NCBI GenBank assembly: GCA_045630845.1
Contig: JAZQTP010000045.1
Span: forward strand, 16,526 to 80,525
Reading direction: 5' to 3'
DNA: 64,000 bases
Source: Anaerotignum sp.
GTDB taxonomy: Bacteria > Bacillota > Clostridia > Lachnospirales > Anaerotignaceae
Shown here: positions 57,770-64,000 of the stretch, one piece after another
Position numbering within the stretch: the first letter of the stretch is position 1
Layout: every line of letters begins with the position of its first letter
Notes under the pieces: model-generated
Database searches by the model: none
Told to the model about the DNA's origin: nothing
What the model saw: the letters and a program-made list of their open reading frames with translations, nothing else
Made by a program: the position numbers and the translations under genes

Positions 57770-58662
57770 TAAACGTGAAAAAAAGACTGATAATTGCCAC
57801 GCTTTGTACCATATCTATGTCGATGCCCGTTTTCGGTGCGCCAAAGGTTGATTTGGAAAACTATGAAAAAGACGGTATGAAGTATATCGAAAAAACTTAT
57901 GTGATCGATGCAGAAGAAGAAATATCTGAAGTGGCCGATACTACTTTTGAACTGGATGGATGCGCCTACTTTCAGATCGACATTAAATCTGAGCCCGTGG
58001 TCCAGACGGAAGAAAAAGAAGTGGAACAGCTGGAAACAGCATCAGTATCTGCCCAAAGTGCAGCAGAGATCTATGAAAAAATCGGTAAAACCTTGGAATA
58101 TGCCGATGAAGACGGGTTCCAAGGAGAATTAAAGCCTGATTTGGACAATGTAAAATACTATGCTTCCGGCTATACCTATAAGACTATGACAAAGAACGGT
58201 ATTCAGATGTATTATAACCTGTCTTCCATGGATACCAGCCAGATCCCGAAATCCATCTGGAGAGACGGTATTCAGCTGAAACTGATGGATGTGCAGTGGA
58301 TCGGGAATAACCGTTCTGCCAGTGCCGATACAGCAGTTGGTAATAACTTTGCGGCCAAAGGCGTTTATCAGGGCACATATCAGGTAAATATCCCTTCTGG
58401 TTATGCGGTAGAAGTCATGTATAAAGGGACAGTAGAAAAAGAAATTTCCGAGCAGACTGCCTATAAAGTCACTTATGTAGGCGAGGAGGTGGATACAGGA
58501 TTCTTTGATAATGTGCCTGTTCCGTTTTTGATTGGCTTTGTTCTGTTGGATCTAGCTGTGATTGCAGCAGCCGTGTTGTTGTACCGTAAATTTAAGAAAA
58601 AAAGACGGGATGAGGAGAATGAAGTGGATGATGAGGAAGAAGGTGGTACTGATGCGGATTAA
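57766..58662 (+). CDS. secreted protein with a C-terminal TM anchor and charged tail (298 aa)
   Basis: Signal peptide KKRLIIATLCTISMSMPVFGAP. The C-terminus reads ...EEVDTGFFDNVPVPFLIGFVLLDLAVIAAAVLLYRKFKKKRRD followed by an acidic tail. Confidence 0.6.
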   Translation: MINVKKRLIIATLCTISMSMPVFGAPKVDLENYEKDGMKYIEKTYVIDAEEEISEVADTTFELDGCAYFQIDIKSEPVVQTEEKEVEQLETASVSAQSAAEIYEKIGKTLEYADEDGFQGELKPDLDNVKYYASGYTYKTMTKNGIQMYYNLSSMDTSQIPKSIWRDGIQLKLMDVQWIGNNRSASADTAVGNNFAAKGVYQGTYQVNIPSGYAVEVMYKGTVEKEISEQTAYKVTYVGEEVDTGFFDNVPVPFLIGFVLLDLAVIAAAVLLYRKFKKKRRDEENEVDDEEEGGTDAD

Positions 58663-59740
58663 AGGTGTACTGCTTTCTATGGCAGTTGTAACGGCCATTG
58701 CTCCAATGACTGTTCATGCGGCGTCTTATACGGACATTGTGGGGCATAAGGATGAAGCCTATATCACAGAATATAGCTCCCATGGATTGGTCAGTGGGTA
58801 TCCGGATGGGTCATTCCTGCCCGATGCCAATATCACCAGGGCAGAGGTCACAGCCTTTATCAATAAACTGGAACTTCCGGCAGAAAATCATAACAGCACT
58901 GTTTTTACTGATGTATCCACTTCTGAATGGTACTATGAAATCATTCAAAATGCTGTAAAAAGTGGACTGGTCAGCGGTTATGAGGATAATACCTTCCAGC
59001 CTCAGAAGAATATCACCCGTTATGAAGCAATTTCTATCGTTTCCAGAATGGTAACAAGCGGTGATTATGATAATCTTCAACTGCCCTATACCGATAAGTT
59101 TGACATTCCCGAATGGGTCGAAGATTCAGTAAAAAATCTCTATGCTGTAGGGATCATCAGTGCCTATGACGGAAATGCAATCAATGGCAATTCACCGATT
59201 ACAAGGGCGGAAATGGTGAGAATGCTGGATAAAATGATGCGTACTTATGATTTTGATACTAATAATATTACGGTGACGAAAAAAGAAACTTCCTCGGTGC
59301 AGACGAATACTACACTTACAAATACAAGTGTGGCAATGGTCAGCTCCATTCCCCATGACATTCTTGGATATTTGACCATTGAGAGTATTGGTATCAATAA
59401 ATATCCTGTGAAAGATGGTGCCGATCTGGAAACCATTCAGACTGCTATCGGTCATTTTGCAGAAACACCCTTATGGGACGGCAATGTAGCGTTCTGTGCC
59501 CATAACAGGGACTATAAATATGATTTCAGAAATCTGAAAAATATTGAAAAAGGCGATACAGTCATCTATGAAACTCGTTTTGGTACTCGTGCCTATGTGG
59601 TGAATGAAATTGAAGCGATTTCTGAAACGGACTGGGATGATGTTCTGGAGGTCAATGATATGAATCAGGTAACAATGATCACTTGTGTCGAAGATCAGCC
59701 TACCAAACGCCTAATGGTACAAGCGGTACAGAAAAATTGA
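58652..59740 (+). CDS. sortase fused to three N-terminal SLH domains
   Basis: Signal peptide MRIKGVLLSMAVVTAIAPMTVHA. Three SLH repeats (e.g. YTDIVGHKDEAYITEYSSHGLVSGYPDGSFLPDANITRAEV). Sortase core with FCAHNRD (His), TMITC (Cys) and KRLMVQAV (Arg). Confidence 0.8.
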   Translation: MRIKGVLLSMAVVTAIAPMTVHAASYTDIVGHKDEAYITEYSSHGLVSGYPDGSFLPDANITRAEVTAFINKLELPAENHNSTVFTDVSTSEWYYEIIQNAVKSGLVSGYEDNTFQPQKNITRYEAISIVSRMVTSGDYDNLQLPYTDKFDIPEWVEDSVKNLYAVGIISAYDGNAINGNSPITRAEMVRMLDKMMRTYDFDTNNITVTKKETSSVQTNTTLTNTSVAMVSSIPHDILGYLTIESIGINKYPVKDGADLETIQTAIGHFAETPLWDGNVAFCAHNRDYKYDFRNLKNIEKGDTVIYETRFGTRAYVVNEIEAISETDWDDVLEVNDMNQVTMITCVEDQPTKRLMVQAVQKN

Positions 59741-59819
59741 AAATTCTGTGGAGATTTTGTTGTTTTACAATTTTTCTGTACGTATAAAACAGTAGAAAGA
59801 CAAAAAAGGAGGAAGAAAA

Positions 59820-61070
59820 ATGAAGAAACCTGTTTTGATTGGAATGCTGTTGGCGTGTGTCATGGGTATGAACAGTACTGCATTTGCTGCGCCAGCTGCC
59901 GCCTTTGGTGATATTTCGGATGGCAATCATCCAATGGCACCTTATGCAGAGAGCGAAATCATCGTTCCAAGACCGGGCGAGTCTAAATATACAGCATTAT
60001 CAAGATATTCTTATACGAAAATTCCATCTGATGTAAGAGGTCATTGGGCGGAACAGTATTTAACCTATTTCATTCAGGCAGGCTATATGAACGGGAATGT
60101 TGCGGCATTCAAGCCCAATGAGCCTGTGACTTACGGAAAATTTGCTTCTGTTATCGCCAGATTAGGTCTGAATTCTGTGGAGTTCAACGGTGGTTCTATC
60201 TCTTATAAAGTATTCAATGACTATGCCCTTTGGAATCCCAATCATTCTGTATCCCAGGCAGCCTATATCTGTGGGGAGGCGGGGGTGTGGGGGAATCCCT
60301 CTAAAGCCAATGATACGATGATCGTGTATCCCAAATGTGCTTTGGGCGACCAGGCGCAAAGACAGTATATTGCAGCATTCCTCGCGAATATGCTGGACCC
60401 AATGGAAGTGGATTTCGGAACACAGAAATATTTTAAGGACATGAACCAGTTTTCTTCTCAATTAGGTAGAACAGCCATGGAACGACTGGTGCAGGAAGGC
60501 ATTCTTTCTGGGTATGCAGACGGAACAATCCGTCCCACAGCCAAAGTTACAAGGGCGGAACTGGCTGTGATGCTCTATAAAGTGCTGGAAAAATCCAATT
60601 TTAATATGGATAGCATCAGTGATAACCTGTATGGGAATTACCATAGCTACTATTGGGAGGAAGAAGCAAAACTTCTGAATCTGGTTAATGAAGCCAGAAG
60701 ATATGATGGTGTCAAAGAATTGAAGTATGATGCAGATCTGAACGCCCTCTGCGAGATCAAGATGATTGAAAAATCCATCTATGGCATGGATACCTTCAGT
60801 CAGCTGATCCATGTGGATGGTAAGTCGGTTGCTGCAGGGCATGTATCCCAGTTCTATGGCAGATGTTCCGATATGGCGAAAACCTTTGGGCTCAATACAT
60901 ATCGTGTGGGAGAAAATGCAGTAACAAATGCATCTAATGCTGCGAAAGCCCATAACCTTCTGACCAATTCGGAAGGACATAGAGAGAACTATCTAAGTGA
61001 TACCTATGAAGTGGCTGGTTTTGCAGTTGGCCCGAAGGCGACTTACCAGATGTTTGCGTATCTGAAGTAA
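59820..61070 (+). CDS. secreted SLH-domain protein with a C-terminal CAP/SCP (YkwD-like) domain
   Basis: Signal peptide. SLH repeats (SDVRGHWAEQYL...FKPNEPVTYGKF and FKDMNQF...GILSGYADGTIRPTAKVTRAEL). CAP motifs LVNEARR...GENAV...SEGHRENYL. Confidence 0.75.
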   Translation: MKKPVLIGMLLACVMGMNSTAFAAPAAAFGDISDGNHPMAPYAESEIIVPRPGESKYTALSRYSYTKIPSDVRGHWAEQYLTYFIQAGYMNGNVAAFKPNEPVTYGKFASVIARLGLNSVEFNGGSISYKVFNDYALWNPNHSVSQAAYICGEAGVWGNPSKANDTMIVYPKCALGDQAQRQYIAAFLANMLDPMEVDFGTQKYFKDMNQFSSQLGRTAMERLVQEGILSGYADGTIRPTAKVTRAELAVMLYKVLEKSNFNMDSISDNLYGNYHSYYWEEEAKLLNLVNEARRYDGVKELKYDADLNALCEIKMIEKSIYGMDTFSQLIHVDGKSVAAGHVSQFYGRCSDMAKTFGLNTYRVGENAVTNASNAAKAHNLLTNSEGHRENYLSDTYEVAGFAVGPKATYQMFAYLK

Positions 61071-61143
61071 TGTTATTGATTGAACTTGTGCAAAGAATGG
61101 ACATACTGAAAAACCCCTGCTCGGTGGGGCAGGGGATGAATTA

Positions 61144-61776
61144 TTAATGCAGTAATTCTGAAATATCGCATTTTAAGGCTTTGGCAAGTCTGATTAGAAT
61201 ATCGATCTGGGCTTTGTTTAAATCCTTGCTTTTTCGTTCGTATGCTTTGATGGTATTCAAAGAAACCCCGGACTGTTCTGCAAGAGCTTCCTGTGTTAAT
61301 CCGCGATATTTTCGAGCAATTTTCAGTTTACTCTCGCTGTTTTCAAAATGGGCGTCAAATACTTCGTAGCTCTTTTGAATATCGGCTTCATGAAGGGTTC
61401 CGTAAAGGAAGAGTAGATCGTTATAGGAAATGGTATCAAGGATACTTTTGAAGGTATATCCGGAATACCACTGATAATGTGTCAGAATCCAGCCCACCCA
61501 ATAGACATCACTTCGGATATAGCTTTCAACAAGGTGAGAGTTGTATTTTTCTCCGGAAGTCTTTTCGACTACTTCCAGGAACAGTTCCATACCGCTTTTA
61601 CCGGCGATGTACTTAGGATTACCGTTTTCAAACTGTTCTGCTACATCAGACTGGATAAAGCGGTTTAAGAAGTCTGTACCGTCCATGCCAAACTCCAGAA
61701 CGGCATTATGCAGCATGTTTCCAATCGAACGGGAAGCTTTACTCAGATATAATTGACTGTAAGCGTGGGTCATCAT
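61144..61776 (-). CDS. DUF3791-like protein with a C-terminal XRE-type HTH
   Basis: C-terminal LKIARKYRGLTQEALAEQSGVSLNTIKAYERKSKDLNKAQIDILIRLAKAL is a classic XRE HTH. The gene overlaps the 3' end of the DUF3990-like gene. Confidence 0.65.
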   Translation of the reverse strand: MMTHAYSQLYLSKASRSIGNMLHNAVLEFGMDGTDFLNRFIQSDVAEQFENGNPKYIAGKSGMELFLEVVEKTSGEKYNSHLVESYIRSDVYWVGWILTHYQWYSGYTFKSILDTISYNDLLFLYGTLHEADIQKSYEVFDAHFENSESKLKIARKYRGLTQEALAEQSGVSLNTIKAYERKSKDLNKAQIDILIRLAKALKCDISELLH

Positions 61777-62440
61777 GTTTCATGTCCTCCCTCATGATAT
61801 CCAGAATAAAAATATCATCCATAAGCTGTTGCAAACTTTTTTTCCTGTTTGCATAAGTGCTTCTGGCATTTTGGTCTCGTTCAGCTCTCTTGTAGTAATA
61901 TTCTCGGTGATCTGCGATTTCATATTCCTGAAACTCGATATGCTCAAAGGATCGCTTGGAAAGCAATACGATCTGTTCTCCAAGTGTACCAAGCTGCATG
62001 GCAACATTTAGATCACGAAGGGAAATGGTATTGTTTACAAAGTCTTCTGCAAAGGAGAAGTAAGAATCGTCTGCGCGATACCCGATCATAATATCAACAT
62101 CTGTTGTATCTGGCAGAAAGTGGGATAAAATATATTCTCTTGCATTTTTCCCGATTAGGGATGTGATATCAAATTTTCTATGCGCAAGCAATACGGCAAG
62201 CCAGTTTAGAATATTGAATTTACCTTTTGTCAGATGCATAACATTCAGACCATCGAAGTGCATGATGTATTTATTGGAATAGCCGTCATTTTTAATGGGA
62301 CAAGCCCATTCTTTTGCAAGTTCAATACTTTCTGTGCAGTAGAAGCCTTGACCATAATCATTATAGCCTTTGCCAATACCAAAAGTCGGTTTTTTAACAA
62401 TTTGTTGGGAACCGTGATAGATGATTAAATCTTGTTTCAT
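61739..62440 (-). CDS. DUF3990-like protein
   Basis: MKQDLIIYHGSQQIVKKPTFGIGKGYNDYGQGFYCTESIELAKEWA matches my recollection of the DUF3990 N-terminus. ATG at 62440 after GGAGGTG. Confidence 0.6.
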   Translation of the reverse strand: MKQDLIIYHGSQQIVKKPTFGIGKGYNDYGQGFYCTESIELAKEWACPIKNDGYSNKYIMHFDGLNVMHLTKGKFNILNWLAVLLAHRKFDITSLIGKNAREYILSHFLPDTTDVDIMIGYRADDSYFSFAEDFVNNTISLRDLNVAMQLGTLGEQIVLLSKRSFEHIEFQEYEIADHREYYYKRAERDQNARSTYANRKKSLQQLMDDIFILDIMREDMKHDDPRLQSIISE

Positions 62441-62603
62441 AATACACCTCCGAAGGAATACTGTGGTATTAGTTGGTTCCATTATAATGCTGTGGTATTA
62501 CTTCGTCAATAATAAACGGAATCGCTATTTTGTTTTTAAGATGATGTTCGCTTTTCAGATTTGGTGGAGATGATATAATGAAAAATAGAAAGATGGTGGT
62601 TTT

Positions 62604-62813
62604 ATGGAGAAAAAAGAATATATTTATCAGTTACTCCAGAAATCTGAAAAAGACTTTGAAAGCAACAATGTTCTTGATGCGAAAATGGGAATTGAGAATT
62701 TGCGAGAGAAGTATCAGTTGTATGTTGAGTACAATATAAAAAAGGGCATTGAAGATGCTGAAGCCCGCAGAGTTGTTTCTCATAAAGATGTAAAAAAAAT
62801 GTTCTGTAAGTAA
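62604..62813 (+). CDS. small hypothetical protein (69 aa)
   Basis: ATG ORF. The C-terminal IEDAEARRVVSHKDVKKMF recalls antitoxin-type tails, but no partner gene is adjacent. Confidence 0.4.
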   Translation: MEKKEYIYQLLQKSEKDFESNNVLDAKMGIENLREKYQLYVEYNIKKGIEDAEARRVVSHKDVKKMFCK

Positions 62814-62867
62814 GTCGTTCAAAAAGCGAAAATAATAAAAGATACTATAGTTTTGGAGTGAGAAATT

Positions 62868-63719
62868 ATGGATGATAATAATAAAATCCAGTTATTCGAA
62901 GATAAAAGAATCAGAACTGCATGGGATCCGGAAAAAGAAGAATGGTTTTTTTCTATTGTTGATGTGGTAAGTGTTTTAACCGAAAGCACAAATCCAACAG
63001 CATATTGGAGAAAGTTGAAACAGCGATTAAAAGAAGAAGGAAATGAAACCGTGACAAATTGTCACGGTTTGAAGATGACTGCTCTGGATGGTAAAAAAAG
63101 AATGACTGATGTTGCTGATACAGAACAGCTTCTTCGTATCATCCAATCCATCCCTTCTCCAAAGGCTGAACCTTTCAAAATGTGGTTGGCACAGGTTGGT
63201 AGAGATCGTATCGAAGAAACGATCGATCCTGAGCAGGCAATTGACAGAGCTTTGGAAACATACCTCAAAAAGGGATATAACGAAGAATGGGTACGACAAA
63301 GATTACTTAGTATCCGTATCAGAAATGGTCTGACAGATGAATGGCAGAAGAGAGGCGTAGAAAAAGGTCGTGAATATGCGATTCTGACAGATGAGATTTC
63401 TAGATCTTGGGCGGGTATGACAACAAGACAGTACAAGGATCATAAAGGATTGAAGAAGGAAAACCTTCGTGATAATATGACGGATCTTGAACTTGTACTT
63501 ACTATGCTGGCAGAAGCGACTACAACAGAGATTTCCAAGCAGAAAGAACCGGAAACATTCTCTGAAAATATGGCAGTTGCTCGTGCCGGTGGTGAAGCTG
63601 CAGGGGAAGCGAGAAAAGCGGTTGAAGCAAGGACTGGAGTACCTGTGATCACAGAAAGGACTGCAGTGGAACTGCATCAGGTTGTAACAGACTTGATTGA
63701 AAAAGGTGGAATAAAGTAA
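62868..63719 (+). CDS. Bro-N domain protein, DinD-like (DNA-damage-inducible protein D family)
   Basis: N-terminal LFEDKRIRTAWDPEKEEWFFSIVDVVSVLTES is the Bro-N pattern. Length and the central region resemble DinD-type proteins (from memory). Confidence 0.6.
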   Translation: MDDNNKIQLFEDKRIRTAWDPEKEEWFFSIVDVVSVLTESTNPTAYWRKLKQRLKEEGNETVTNCHGLKMTALDGKKRMTDVADTEQLLRIIQSIPSPKAEPFKMWLAQVGRDRIEETIDPEQAIDRALETYLKKGYNEEWVRQRLLSIRIRNGLTDEWQKRGVEKGREYAILTDEISRSWAGMTTRQYKDHKGLKKENLRDNMTDLELVLTMLAEATTTEISKQKEPETFSENMAVARAGGEAAGEARKAVEARTGVPVITERTAVELHQVVTDLIEKGGIK

Positions 63720-63780
63720 ATAGGATAGAATTAATTAACTATTTTAAAATAGGAAAAACATATGAAGAGGGAAATAAACC

Positions 63781-64000
63781 ATGATTATTCGAACAGAAAC
63801 ATATAGAGATTTAGAAGAAGATATTGCGACAATCTGTGATTGTGTTGAGGAATACTTATACGAAACTTTATCTACTTATGATGCTAAATGTTGTAAGGGT
63901 ATTATTTTTGATTACAATAAGTTTTATGGCTTATTAGATGGATTTATTGAGAAAAATGCTGATTTGGACTTAATTGATGAAATATATGTATATCATCTCG
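63781..64000 (+). CDS. hypothetical protein, 5' part (runs off the window end)
   Basis: ATG at 63781, 8 nt after GAGGGA. The frame is open to the window end (MIIRTETYRDLEEDIATICDCVEEYLYE...). Confidence 0.4.
   Translation, partial: MIIRTETYRDLEEDIATICDCVEEYLYETLSTYDAKCCKGIIFDYNKFYGLLDGFIEKNADLDLIDEIYVYHL

Larger units (their letters stand above)
35319..64000 (+). mobile_element. integrative conjugative element, left end and at least 28.7 kb (right end and recombinase outside the window)
   Basis: There is an abrupt end of spoVAC homology, a composition shift and a co-directional T4SS gene set (VirB2-, VirB6-, VirB1-, VirB3/4- and VirD4-like). No phage structural genes are present. The left boundary is approximate (35305-35330). 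Confidence 0.8.

Noticed and set aside
62604-62813. A small protein with an antitoxin-like C-terminal tail, considered as part of a type II TA pair.
   Set aside because: No small toxin ORF is coupled to it; the next gene is a 283-aa Bro-N/DinD-like protein 55 nt away. The family assignment rests only on a short tail resemblance.
35319-64000. Alternative reading of the inserted region as a prophage.
   Set aside because: No terminase, portal, capsid, tail or holin genes are present. VirB4, VirD4, VirB6-like and cell-wall hydrolase genes indicate a conjugative element instead.
1-64000. Scan for rRNA, tRNA, CRISPR arrays, group II introns and T-box or other obvious riboswitch leaders.
   Set aside because: By eye there are no cloverleaf-like GC-rich 75-nt units, no repeat-spacer arrays and no recognisable conserved riboswitch cores. 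A covariance-model scan (Infernal/Rfam, tRNAscan) would be needed to exclude small RNAs rigorously.

Overview
This 64-kb window comes from a medium-GC, spore-former-type Firmicute; the Clostridia-like gene content is an inference. Positions 1 to about 35.3 kb look like ordinary chromosome. They encode a partial SNF-family transporter and a Re-citrate synthase/aconitase/isocitrate dehydrogenase operon. Next come an esterase, an ATP-grasp protein, an AzgA-type purine permease, a GH13 alpha-glucosidase and an RluA-type pseudouridine synthase. These are followed by clpC and radA, pyruvate carboxylase and a 1.7-kaa repeat-rich surface protein. The chromosomal part ends with a YdjI-like SPFH/zinc-ribbon protein, an orphan KdpD/KdpE-like two-component pair, a PLP decarboxylase, a DEAD-box helicase and the 5' part of spoVAC. 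A structured repeat of about 126 nt occurs twice in inverted orientation (727-852 and 27098-27223), each copy abutting the T-tract of a gene-specific terminator. At about 35.32 kb spoVAC is cut short. The rest of the window (at least 28.7 kb, right end not reached) is an integrative conjugative element. It carries a Gram-positive T4SS set: VirB2-like, VirB6/TrbL-like, a lysozyme+M23 hydrolase, a VirB3-VirB4 fusion, a replication-relaxation-like protein and a VirD4 coupling protein. It also carries CpaB/CpaE-like genes, an SLH-anchored sortase and an SLH-CAP protein. Visibly AT-richer cargo blocks interrupt the T4SS array, each closed by a strong intrinsic terminator. The most interesting candidate is the 42.4-47.4 kb block (HTH regulator, SF2 helicase fused to a DUF45-like HExxH domain, and a coupled unknown/TPR protein). 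I cannot assign it to any named system, and it has the look of a defence module. The second point of interest is the insertion of the element into a forespore-expressed sporulation gene. No rRNA, tRNA or CRISPR array was seen.
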